Of a DNA stretch of 64,000 nt, positions 41,454 to 50,402 are shown piece after piece; the first letter of the stretch is position 1, and every line of letters starts with the position of its first letter. The translations under genes and the position numbers were made by a program. The stretch is from Candidatus Cloacimonadota bacterium. GTDB lineage: Bacteria > Cloacimonadota > Cloacimonadia > JGIOTU-2. The DNA lies in assembly GCA_049903315.1 (NCBI GenBank), contig JBNGBT010000001.1, positions 421,652-485,651 of the forward strand, read 5' to 3'. A model generated the notes under the pieces. It was not told the origin of the DNA, searched no databases, and saw only the letters and a program-made list of their open reading frames with translations.

Positions 41454-44400
41454 ATGAAAAAAGAATATAAACCGATCGATGGTAACACTGCTGCCACACA
41501 TGTTGCCTATGCATTTTCTGAGGTTGCAGCGATCTATCCGATCACTCCTTCATCACCTATGGGTGAAATGGCAGATGCCTGGGCTGCTGAAGGAAGGAAG
41601 AATATTTTTGGTGAAACTCTTGATGTGGTTGAAATGCAGTCTGAGGGAGGTGCATCCGGAGCAGTACACGGATCACTCTCTGCAGGCGCTTTGACAACTA
41701 CTTTTACTGCAGCACAGGGACTCATGCTCATGCTGCCCAATATGCATAAAATAGCTGGTGAGATGCTGCCAACAGTATTTCATGTATCAGCGCGGTCGCT
41801 TGCCTGCCAGTCTCTTTCTATTTTTGGTGACCATTCTGATGTCATGTCTGCAAGAAATACAGGTTTTGCACTTGTTGCAGCCGGTTCTATCCAGGAAACA
41901 ATGGACCTTGCAGTAGTATCTCATCTCGCAACTCTGAAATCAAAAGTACCATTCTTGAATTTCTTTGATGGATTCCGTACTTCTCATGAAATTCAAAAAG
42001 TAGAGATATTGCCCTACGAAGAAATAAAAAAAATGGTCGATATGAAATATGTACAAGATTTCCGAAAGCGTGCCATGAATCCCGAATGCCCGATGCTCAA
42101 AGTTGGTGCTCAAAATCCCGATGTATACTTCCAGGGCAGAGAAACAGTTAATAAATACTATATTGTAACTCCTGAGATCGTTCAGGAATATATGGATGCC
42201 TTTGCAAAGAAATTCGGACGCTCTTATCATCTTTTTGATTACGTTGGCGCACCTGATGCAGACAGACTTATCATCGCAATGGGCTCTGCAACTGAAACTA
42301 TTGAAGAAACCGTGAATTATCTGAACAATAAATGCGGACAGAAAGTCGGTGCGATCAAAGTCCGTTTATACAGACCTTTCTCGATCGAACATTTGAAAAA
42401 GGTCATTCCTGCTACAGTGAAGAAGATCGCTGTGCTCGATAGGACAAAAGAACCCGGCGCTATCGGCGAACCCATGTATCTCGACGTGACAGTTGCACTC
42501 AAAGATACTGATATCAAGATCATTGGCGGCCGCTACGGATTGTCATCCAAAGAATTCACTCCTACAATGGTTAAAGCAGTCTATGATCATCTTAATGGGA
42601 AGTGCACACACGATTTCACAGTCGGTATTGTCGATGATGTGACGAACTTATCGATCCAGCCGATTGAGGAAATCGATGCAGAACCCGAAGGCGTGATCCG
42701 CTGTAAATTCTGGGGTTACGGTTCAGATGGAACAGTCGGTGCAAATAAGAATTCAATCAAGATCATCGGCGATAATACTGATATGTTTGTGCAGGGATAC
42801 TTTGAATACGATTCCAAGAAATCAGGCGGTATCACAATTTCACATCTGCGTTTTGGCAATAAAGAGATACAATCACAATATCTTTTGAATAATGTTGATT
42901 TTATCGCACTTCATAAATCATCTTATATTGGTAGATATGACATTCTCTGTGGCATTCGCGAAGGAGGAACCTTCCTTCTGAATTCAACCTGGAAGCCGGA
43001 AGAAGTATTCGAAAATCTTACTGAAAAAATGCAGAAGACAATTATTGAAAAGAAGATAAAGGTTTATACGATCGATGCACTCAGTATTGCGCGTGAAATC
43101 GGATTGGGCAGCAGGATCAATACGGTCATGCAGGCTGCTTTCTTTAAAATTTCCGGTGTGTTACCGGAGAAGGAAGCACTTAAGCTCATCAAGGATGCGA
43201 TCAAGAAGACTTTCCTTAAAAAAGGTGAAAATATAGTGAAGATGAACTGGGCGGCAGTTGACAAGACCGCTGATGCTTTGGCACAGGTGCCGATCCCTGA
43301 AACAATCACAAAATCAGCGCAGGAAATTATACTTATTCCAGATAATGCGAATGAATTTGAACTGAAAGTTATCAAACCGATCATGCATAATAAAGGAAAT
43401 GAAATCACCGTATCTGAGATGCCGTATGATGGGCAGATTCCCACTGCAACGACACGTCTGGAAAAACGCGGTGTAGCTCCTTTTGTACCTCAATGGTATC
43501 CGGACCTTTGTATTCAATGCAACCAATGCTCGCTGGTATGTCCTCATGCAGCTATCAGACCCAAACAGATTGCTCCTGAAGATTTGAAAGATGCTCCTGA
43601 AGGATTTGATACAGTGCCGTCCAAAACCAAGAATGACAGAGATCTTCAGTTTAGATTACAGGTGTATGTCGAGGACTGTGTGGGTTGTGGAAATTGTGTT
43701 TCTACCTGCCCTGTAAAAGAGAAGGCTATCAGGATGGTGCCTATCGAAGAAGCTCGCGCAAAAGGTGAATCCGGAATGGTTGAATTCTTTGATGATCTGC
43801 CGGACAATGTTCTTGATGGTGTGAGAAGGGACACTGTGAAAGGCAGCCAGTTCCTGATGCCGTATTTTGAGTTTAGTGGTGCGTGCGCAGGGTGCGGTGA
43901 AACACCGTATGTCAAACTTGCAACTCAGCTCTTCGGTGATAGAATGATCATAGCAAATGCGACAGGTTGTTCGTCAATATATGGCGGCACATTCCCCACA
44001 ATACCTTATTGTAAAAATAAAGAAGGACAGGGTCCAACCTGGGCGAACTCACTCTTTGAAGACAATGCTGAATACGGATTTGGTATGCGCCTTGCAGTGA
44101 ATGCGAACAGAAAACAGCTGAAAGCAAATATTGAAAAATTACTGGAAAAAGATATTGGGATTTCACCAGAACTCGGAGAATTGCTGATAAAGAACCAGGA
44201 GCTCTGGGATGTCGTGTCAGATGAATCAAAAGAGATTGCGAAGAAGATCAAAAAAGTGCTTGCTGAAGAGAAGAAAAATGTCCGTTCCGAGCTAAAACCA
44301 GTATTCGAAAAAGTCATCGAACTTCAGGATTATCTTGTTGAGAGGAGTATCTGGAGTGTCGGTGGTGACGGCTGGGCATATGATATTGGTTATGGTGGAT

Positions 44401-44981
44401 TGGATCACGTGCTTGCATCCAACAAAAATATTAATGTGCTCGTACTCGATACAGAGGTTTATTCAAATACTGGCGGTCAGGCATCAAAGGCAACGCCGAC
44501 CGGTTCTGTGGCGAAGTTTGCTGCAGCTGGCAAGAGAACCAAGAAAAAAGATCTTGGGAGAATGGCTATGACCTATGGGTATGTCTATGTAGCCCAGATC
44601 GCGATGGGTGCGAATGCGAATCAAGCACTTAAAGCTATGATCGAAGCAGAAGCGTATGATGGACCTTCGCTGATCATTGCATACTCACCCTGTATAAACC
44701 ACGGATTCGATATGACAAAAACACAGCAGGAAGAAAAGCTCGCTGTCGATGCCGGTTACTGGGTTCTGTATAGATATAATCCGCTCCTTGCCAAAGAAGG
44801 AAAAAATCCCCTCACTCTCGATTCCAGAGAACCCAAAGTTGATTATGAAACCTTTCTTGAGAATGAAATACGTTATCGTACATTGCAGCAGCAATATCCC
44901 GAAGTCGCAGAAATGCTCTTCAAGCGTGCTGCGATAGAAGCAAAAGAACGATATGATTTCTACAAGAAGATGTCTGAATAA
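41454..44981 (+). CDS. nifJ: Pyruvate:ferredoxin (flavodoxin) oxidoreductase, single chain
   Basis: YPITPS, DGFRTSHE, two CxxCxxCxxxCP motifs, EFSGACAGCGE, GGDGWAYDIG TPP motif. Confidence 0.97.
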   Translation: MKKEYKPIDGNTAATHVAYAFSEVAAIYPITPSSPMGEMADAWAAEGRKNIFGETLDVVEMQSEGGASGAVHGSLSAGALTTTFTAAQGLMLMLPNMHKIAGEMLPTVFHVSARSLACQSLSIFGDHSDVMSARNTGFALVAAGSIQETMDLAVVSHLATLKSKVPFLNFFDGFRTSHEIQKVEILPYEEIKKMVDMKYVQDFRKRAMNPECPMLKVGAQNPDVYFQGRETVNKYYIVTPEIVQEYMDAFAKKFGRSYHLFDYVGAPDADRLIIAMGSATETIEETVNYLNNKCGQKVGAIKVRLYRPFSIEHLKKVIPATVKKIAVLDRTKEPGAIGEPMYLDVTVALKDTDIKIIGGRYGLSSKEFTPTMVKAVYDHLNGKCTHDFTVGIVDDVTNLSIQPIEEIDAEPEGVIRCKFWGYGSDGTVGANKNSIKIIGDNTDMFVQGYFEYDSKKSGGITISHLRFGNKEIQSQYLLNNVDFIALHKSSYIGRYDILCGIREGGTFLLNSTWKPEEVFENLTEKMQKTIIEKKIKVYTIDALSIAREIGLGSRINTVMQAAFFKISGVLPEKEALKLIKDAIKKTFLKKGENIVKMNWAAVDKTADALAQVPIPETITKSAQEIILIPDNANEFELKVIKPIMHNKGNEITVSEMPYDGQIPTATTRLEKRGVAPFVPQWYPDLCIQCNQCSLVCPHAAIRPKQIAPEDLKDAPEGFDTVPSKTKNDRDLQFRLQVYVEDCVGCGNCVSTCPVKEKAIRMVPIEEARAKGESGMVEFFDDLPDNVLDGVRRDTVKGSQFLMPYFEFSGACAGCGETPYVKLATQLFGDRMIIANATGCSSIYGGTFPTIPYCKNKEGQGPTWANSLFEDNAEYGFGMRLAVNANRKQLKANIEKLLEKDIGISPELGELLIKNQELWDVVSDESKEIAKKIKKVLAEEKKNVRSELKPVFEKVIELQDYLVERSIWSVGGDGWAYDIGYGGLDHVLASNKNINVLVLDTEVYSNTGGQASKATPTGSVAKFAAAGKRTKKKDLGRMAMTYGYVYVAQIAMGANANQALKAMIEAEAYDGPSLIIAYSPCINHGFDMTKTQQEEKLAVDAGYWVLYRYNPLLAKEGKNPLTLDSREPKVDYETFLENEIRYRTLQQQYPEVAEMLFKRAAIEAKERYDFYKKMSE

Positions 44982-45002
44982 TCATTTTCTTTAATATACA
45001 TC

Positions 45003-45032
45003 AACCCCGGAAGAAATTTCGGGGTTTTTTTT
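45003..45032 (+). terminator. Intrinsic terminator after nifJ
   Basis: AACCCCGGAA...TTCGGGGTT followed by a T run. Confidence 0.85.
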
Positions 45033-45187
45033 GTCCTTGCTAACGGTTGACGAGAGGAAAACTTCGCAACGGTCAGATTTTAATTTTGTAAACCTGAGAC
45101 ATGTCGGAGAGCGTGTCTTAAGTGGAAAAGATTGTGAATTACTTATCACAATCTCTTCCAATTGTGCAATGTTAATTCTTTGCTGTT

Positions 45188-45210
45188 GTCACCCTGAGCT
45201 TGTCGAAGGG
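45188..45210. repeat. REP-like element GTCACCCTGAGCTTGTCGAAGGG (single copy in the window)
   Basis: GC-rich patch in AT-rich intergenic DNA, resembling a dispersed extragenic repeat I recall from other bacteria; only one copy here. Confidence 0.4.
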
Positions 45211-45267
45211 TCTATTATGTTTTTACTATACTAAGTCGAATCTCAAGTAATGTATGTATGGATTTAT

Positions 45268-45299
45268 TTGACACATTTATTGATTGTCTTACATTGTAA
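45268..45299 (+). promoter_or_regulatory. Sigma70-type promoter with an overlapping palindromic operator for the TA operon
   Basis: TTGACA (45268-73), 16-nt spacer, TACATT (45290-95); palindrome TTACA-T-TGTAA (45289-99) covers the -10 box. Confidence 0.6.
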
Positions 45300-45302
45300 C
45301 AC

Positions 45303-45524
45303 ATGAAAACAACAACATTAACCCTGCGGCTTGATAAGGAACTCGACGACATGCTCGCAAAAGTGAGTAAGCAATCGGGAAAAAATCGCAGTGAAGTCGC
45401 GCGAGAAGCTCTGCGCAGACAGCTTCGGCTTCAGCAGTTTGAAGAGTTGCGAAAGCGTATTATGCCCTTTGCAGAAGCGCGTGGATACCTTACAGATGAG
45501 GATATTTTCTCAGAAATCTCATGA
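45303..45524 (+). CDS. Ribbon-helix-helix (CopG) antitoxin
   Basis: TLTLRLD...SGKNRSEVAREALR; ATGA overlap with the PIN gene. Confidence 0.88.
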   Translation: MKTTTLTLRLDKELDDMLAKVSKQSGKNRSEVAREALRRQLRLQQFEELRKRIMPFAEARGYLTDEDIFSEIS

Positions 45525-45919
45525 GGATTTTCCTTGATACTAATGTTCTGATCAGTGCAGTTGCCACTCGGGGGCTGTGCGCAGATGTTATTAGGGAAGT
45601 GCTGACGTCTCACGAACTCGTCGTATGCGAAGCGCTTATGTCGGAACTCCAAAGAAATCTCAAAAATAAAATCGAGCTGTCTGATGAACTGATCGAAGAA
45701 TTTATTGCAATGTTACAGTCTGATTCGATATTTGTGAAGTCCGAACATGTTATAACAATAAATGGTATTGATAAAAATGACTGTAAAATACTAAGCTGTG
45801 CGATTCAAGGAAATGCTGAGGTTTTCGTGACAGGAGATAAAAAATTATTGGATTTACACAAAATTGAAAATCTTATGATAATTTCTCCAAGAGAGTTTTG
45901 GGAGAGGAGCAAGAGGTGA
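45521..45919 (+). CDS. PIN-domain toxin (VapC-like)
   Basis: FLDTNVLISA, D..DCKILSCA, VTGDKKLL, ISPREF. Confidence 0.9.
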   Translation: MRIFLDTNVLISAVATRGLCADVIREVLTSHELVVCEALMSELQRNLKNKIELSDELIEEFIAMLQSDSIFVKSEHVITINGIDKNDCKILSCAIQGNAEVFVTGDKKLLDLHKIENLMIISPREFWERSKR

Positions 45920-45921
45920 AG

Positions 45922-46551
45922 ATGAAAGCTAAAAATTATATATCTAAATATTCCTTGTGCACAATTTGTGATCATGTATCTTCGAACTTTTATATTTGTC
46001 CTAATTGCAAGAGTAAACATCCCACAAGTTCTTTCCCAAGACAAGAATCTGTTATATTAAATGGATTGGTAAAAGAGTATTTAGACGACATTAAGAGTAT
46101 TACAGAGGATTTTACAGAAAGAGATTTGAGAGAAGTTAAAGTAAGGGTTTCCATAATTCTAATATGTACAGTTGGTGAAGCATTACTAGATGAAGCAATA
46201 GATAATAAGTTGTATCGCGAAATTGATAAAAGGAGCGAAATTGAAAGAAGAGTAACTATGGAGGATATGAGTAATATGGGTAGAGAAAAGAAAATTAATT
46301 TATTAAGTAGTTTAATAGGTTGTAAATTTTCAAAATTTATTAAAAATACTCAAAATCAAAACTTAAAGAAAATACCGAAATATTGGAAAGATATATCTGA
46401 ATATAGAAATAGAATTTCTCATGGAAATTTTATTGAAGAGCAATTGGTTGATAAGTCTAAAATAATACAAAAGATACAATATTTAAATGAAAATTTCTTT
46501 GAAACATTTATGTTGCTGCATAACAAATATATTGCTTCTTCTGATAAATAA
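45922..46551 (+). CDS. Zn-ribbon + HEPN-like protein (start GTG 45916 or ATG 45922)
   Basis: CTIC...CPNC; helix with ICTVGEALL; RNRISH fits the HEPN Rx4H motif; visibly AT-richer than its neighbours. Confidence 0.6.
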   Translation: MKAKNYISKYSLCTICDHVSSNFYICPNCKSKHPTSSFPRQESVILNGLVKEYLDDIKSITEDFTERDLREVKVRVSIILICTVGEALLDEAIDNKLYREIDKRSEIERRVTMEDMSNMGREKKINLLSSLIGCKFSKFIKNTQNQNLKKIPKYWKDISEYRNRISHGNFIEEQLVDKSKIIQKIQYLNENFFETFMLLHNKYIASSDK

Positions 46552-46600
46552 AACATTTGGGATTTATTCAAATAACAATTATAAACCATTCGCAAGATTT

Positions 46601-46620
46601 TCCGCCATAGGGCGGACAAG
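46601..46620. repeat. Micro-palindrome family A copy
   Basis: TCCGCC-ATAG-GGCGGA-CAAG. Confidence 0.65.
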
Positions 46621-46647
46621 TCAACCGTCGCGAAGGTTATTAAATTA

Positions 46648-47004
46648 TCACAATATATAAATCCCAATCAGAAAAGAAGTAAGGTTGCAACTCAAAGAAA
46701 TGATGAGTGCTTTTGTGAACTTGATCCTCAACACAAAAAAGATAATTACCGTTTCGATAAGAAAAACAACGATTTCACCAATTGAATAGAGCAGTGCTTT
46801 TGAATGGAGAAAGTGTGGGGCAATAAACCAAAGATAGGGAATTGTGGCAAAAGAGCAGAATAAACCTGTAAATATTAATAATCCCCAAGAAATATCTTTC
46901 ATCTCCTTTTTATAGACCTGTTTTACAAAAAATATCATTATAACTGTTTCAATAATAACTGTGTCCAGCAGGGCAAAAAGGAATTTTATCTCGTAATCTT
47001 GCAT
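46648..47004 (-). CDS. Small multi-pass membrane protein
   Basis: About 4 hydrophobic segments; ATIPYLW, EIVVFLIE; in frame with 47008-47616. Confidence 0.7.
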   Translation of the reverse strand: MQDYEIKFLFALLDTVIIETVIMIFFVKQVYKKEMKDISWGLLIFTGLFCSFATIPYLWFIAPHFLHSKALLYSIGEIVVFLIETVIIFFVLRIKFTKALIISLSCNLTSFLIGIYIL

Positions 47005-47007
47005 AAT

Positions 47008-47616
47008 TTAATCGGACGATGTTTCTGAGTTTCCTTCTTTGCCAGGACTATATGAAAGATTTATGATCTCCGGTAGGTTAAACGTTTCAATCTCAGGATC
47101 ATTACCACTATAATAATTTGTTTGTTTTGCCCGATAGATAACTATCTCATCACCTATAAAACCAGCGATCTTATATTCATTTGTTTGTGCTTTCAGATGT
47201 TCATAATCAGGTAACCAGAAATCACCTGGATCGATTTCATTGGTCACATAATGAATGTTCGGATCATTAGTTACGTGTGTGAAATAATCACCCCAGTACT
47301 GTTCATCATCTTGATTTAATGTAATTACAATATTTTCGATACCAATACGTTCTACATATTTCTTGGAAGCCCAATAGATACCAAAATCATTAAACTTATA
47401 TCCCTTTTGCAGCGATGTATTATTTTCAATTCTGAAAAAGTGGGGTGAGTCATAAGTTGGTCCAAGAATAAATCCTAAAAGCATTATTTCAGGAAAATCA
47501 TCGAGGTTTGTAAAGAGTATGGTGTTGTCCACGGGATGCATATCCGAAGGTGCAACATCCGAAAATGCAATGAGAGGAATTATAGAAAGGATAAAGAGAA
47601 GAATTATTTTTTTCAT
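47008..47616 (-). CDS. Secreted hypothetical protein
   Basis: Signal peptide MKKIILLFILSIIPLIAFS|D; AAGGAG SD. Confidence 0.7.
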   Translation of the reverse strand: MKKIILLFILSIIPLIAFSDVAPSDMHPVDNTILFTNLDDFPEIMLLGFILGPTYDSPHFFRIENNTSLQKGYKFNDFGIYWASKKYVERIGIENIVITLNQDDEQYWGDYFTHVTNDPNIHYVTNEIDPGDFWLPDYEHLKAQTNEYKIAGFIGDEIVIYRAKQTNYYSGNDPEIETFNLPEIINLSYSPGKEGNSETSSD

Positions 47617-47634
47617 GGAAGCTCCTTTTTGTTA

Positions 47635-48207
47635 TTACCAATATCCGCTTTCGAGAAAACTCATCAAATTCATTCTCTCGCTCTTTTCTACGAGGCGCAG
47701 AATCGAATCTTCATCGTTAAATCGACGAACCTCCTCAAGGTCTATCCATTGTAAGTTGAAAGATTCGTGAGAGACATGGAACGGCTCATTTGCATCCGCT
47801 TCAAAAAGAAATCTTACGTCATAATGGAAGTGATTGGGGAAGTGCTTTCTTTCCGGGATTGCATGTACATCGACATCAAAGATATGAAGACTCAATGGCT
47901 GGATGGAATCGAGTCCGGATTCTTCTTCTGCTTCACGAAGTGCAACACCGAGTATATCTTTTGAGCCATCAGCATGACCACCAAGTTGTAACCACAATCC
48001 GAGTTTTACATGATGGGTCATCAGTACTTTTGTTTTGGTTGAATCAAGAACCCATGCGGATCCTGTGACGTGCCCGGGAAGATGTTTGTTATGAAATCCG
48101 TTTTTATTTCTCGAAAGGAACGCGAGCATCTGCTGGTGCTTTGCCCTTTCCTGAGAATCAAAAGGAGTATACACAGTAAGTTGTTCGATGAGAGATTTTC
48201 TATGCAT
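47635..48207 (-). CDS. NUDIX hydrolase
   Basis: WLQLGGHAD...ALREAEEESGL Nudix box; HVTGS, HYDVRF. Confidence 0.9.
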   Translation of the reverse strand: MHRKSLIEQLTVYTPFDSQERAKHQQMLAFLSRNKNGFHNKHLPGHVTGSAWVLDSTKTKVLMTHHVKLGLWLQLGGHADGSKDILGVALREAEEESGLDSIQPLSLHIFDVDVHAIPERKHFPNHFHYDVRFLFEADANEPFHVSHESFNLQWIDLEEVRRFNDEDSILRLVEKSERMNLMSFLESGYW

Positions 48208-48277
48208 TATTATTTCTTGTTGAAAATTTATAACTTTATTTATGGTTTTTTTATAAAAATTATGTCAAGAATATAAT

Positions 48278-48308
48278 AAAAAACCTCTCCACAAGAGTAG
48301 AGAGGTTT
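48278..48308 (-). terminator. Intrinsic terminator after the M42 peptidase gene
   Basis: AAACCTCTC...GAGAGGTTT stem with an A run on + (U-tail on minus). Confidence 0.65.
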
Positions 48309-48328
48309 AGTAAATGTATTAGTTCAGT

Positions 48329-49393
48329 TTATTCTATGAAATTAACCGAGTCATCTACCTGAAGGCAGAACTCGGTGAGAATATCAATTGCACTTTCCAC
48401 ATCTTTAAGAGATACAACTTCTGTATAGGTGTGCATATAGCGGCAGGGGACTGAAATTAGTCCGGTTGCCACACCTGCGCGTGTTACTTGAATGACATTC
48501 GCATCGGTTCCGGTAGGTCGCGCAGCTGCTTCCACCTGATAGCTGATCTTATGTTTCTTTGCGCTATCCACAAGCATTTCAAAGACTTTATGATTGATAT
48601 TCGGTCCACGTGTAATAGGAGCACCTTCGCCAAGCCCGATCTCACCAACTTGTTTCTGGTCAACATCCGGCGTGTCCGTTGCATGAGTGACATCCAGGGC
48701 AATTCCGATATCCGGATCGATACCAAAGGCAGAAGTTCGTGCTCCACGCAAACCTACTTCTTCCTGAACAGTTGCAACACTGTATAGCGAGCACTTGAAT
48801 TCTTTCCTTCGCTTGAACACATTTTTCATAACTTCTGCTGCTATAAACGCACCGATCTTGTCATCGAATCCGCGAGATACATGGAGGTCTTCGCGTAGCT
48901 TTTCAAAGTTTGTGTCATAGGTAATAGGATCACCTATTTCAACGAGTTTTTGCGCTTCCTTTTTATCTTTCACACCGATATCAATATAAAGCTGGTGCGG
49001 TTTGGGCACTTTTTCTCTATCTTCTCTATCAAAGAGATGAATAGCTTTTTTACCAACTACGCCGAGGATATCACCTTTTTTTGTGTGAATGCGCACTTTT
49101 CGTCCAGGGATTATACCAATATCAAATCCACCTAATCTATTGAAGTAGATGTATCCTTTGTCATGTATGTAGCCCACCTGGAAACCGAGTTCATCCATGT
49201 GTCCAGCAAGCATGATACGCGGACGCTTATCCGGATTGAGTACAGCAATTGCATTACCATGCACATCGCTTTTAACTTGATCGGAAAATTTTTTCATTTC
49301 TGCAAGCCACGCAAGACGCACTTTCTGTTCATAACCTGAAGGTGAGGGAAGGTTCATCAATGTTTCAAGGAATCTCAGTGATTCTTTATCCAT
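48329..49393 (-). CDS. M42 family aminopeptidase (TET/FrvX-like)
   Basis: PSPSGYE, GHMDE, DDKIG, QEEVGLRGA, DVT, RYMHT. Confidence 0.92.
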   Translation of the reverse strand: MDKESLRFLETLMNLPSPSGYEQKVRLAWLAEMKKFSDQVKSDVHGNAIAVLNPDKRPRIMLAGHMDELGFQVGYIHDKGYIYFNRLGGFDIGIIPGRKVRIHTKKGDILGVVGKKAIHLFDREDREKVPKPHQLYIDIGVKDKKEAQKLVEIGDPITYDTNFEKLREDLHVSRGFDDKIGAFIAAEVMKNVFKRRKEFKCSLYSVATVQEEVGLRGARTSAFGIDPDIGIALDVTHATDTPDVDQKQVGEIGLGEGAPITRGPNINHKVFEMLVDSAKKHKISYQVEAAARPTGTDANVIQVTRAGVATGLISVPCRYMHTYTEVVSLKDVESAIDILTEFCLQVDDSVNFIE

Positions 49394-50372
49394 TATTATT
49401 CTCCTTTTGAAGTTTCATTTTCTTCCTATATACCGTTGCAAGAATGATATACGAGATACCGAAAATAAGCAATAATATTCCGGACATCAAGAAGGGGGGA
49501 ACGGGATGAAGGTCTGTTGTTTTACGAAGAGCAAACATTTGCCAGCCCGGGATTGCAATATCATCTTTTACAAGAAGATAGGATTCATCATTGTATTTTA
49601 CGCGTGAATCTGAAATAGAAATACCAAGTTGTTCGAGTGGTTCATCTGCGAACTGGCGAGTAGCTCTTAAATTCTCCCGCTCTTGAACAGTGAGTGGTTC
49701 AATACTTTTAAATAGCCATGATTTTTCAGTTGAGGAAAATATAATTCCTTCCGGAGATATGATACCGGCGACGATTCCATTTGTATAATTTTGTAGAACC
49801 TTATCAAACCTATCCAGAGCTAATGTTATGACCACGACTCCGACAGGTTTACCCTTTCCATTGCTATAAATAGGGGAGCTGAAATACAATCCCCGCTCTT
49901 GATCAGTAACACTGAGTGCAGGATAGACACATTCGTTTCCTTTGATCGATTCCTGGAAATAAGGACGGAAATTCAAGTTTTGACCAGTAAGAGCATAATC
50001 GCAGGGTGGAGTACAAACCATTACTTTTCCTTCAATATCCATGATATATACATTATTAGCATTGAGCATGTATTTTAATGTATTCAGCACGATCAGAATA
50101 TCGTGAGTGTCAACAAGTTTTGGTGAAACCTGCCATTCCTGGATCATAGGATGTTCACCGATAAAAAGAGTAGCATCTTTCACTTCTTGGATTGTCTGAC
50201 CTAAGACTTCCTTTGCAATCTCTGTGTCAGTTTCTAGTGCACGTTTTTCCAGTTCATTATTATACGAAAGAATACCAAAGACAACAAAGCAGACAAAAAG
50301 AACTCCAATGATCACAAGAAACGTTGCTTTCCAGTTCATGTTCTGTTCTTGATGATCCATCATATTTGGCAT
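49386..50372 (-). CDS. Two-TM Cache-domain membrane protein with no cytoplasmic output domain
   Basis: TM1, YIMD..G, NLNFRPYFQ, RGLYFSSPI, GVVV Cache motifs, TM2, then a ~13-aa tail. Confidence 0.75.
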   Translation of the reverse strand: MPNMMDHQEQNMNWKATFLVIIGVLFVCFVVFGILSYNNELEKRALETDTEIAKEVLGQTIQEVKDATLFIGEHPMIQEWQVSPKLVDTHDILIVLNTLKYMLNANNVYIMDIEGKVMVCTPPCDYALTGQNLNFRPYFQESIKGNECVYPALSVTDQERGLYFSSPIYSNGKGKPVGVVVITLALDRFDKVLQNYTNGIVAGIISPEGIIFSSTEKSWLFKSIEPLTVQERENLRATRQFADEPLEQLGISISDSRVKYNDESYLLVKDDIAIPGWQMFALRKTTDLHPVPPFLMSGILLLIFGISYIILATVYRKKMKLQKENNNG

Positions 50373-50402
50373 GGAACCTCCTTAAAAAAAAGAATTTTAT
50401 TT

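Noticed and set aside
45046..45075. GTTGACGAG resembling part of the glmS ribozyme core
   Set aside because: The other conserved glmS elements are absent and no glmS gene follows.
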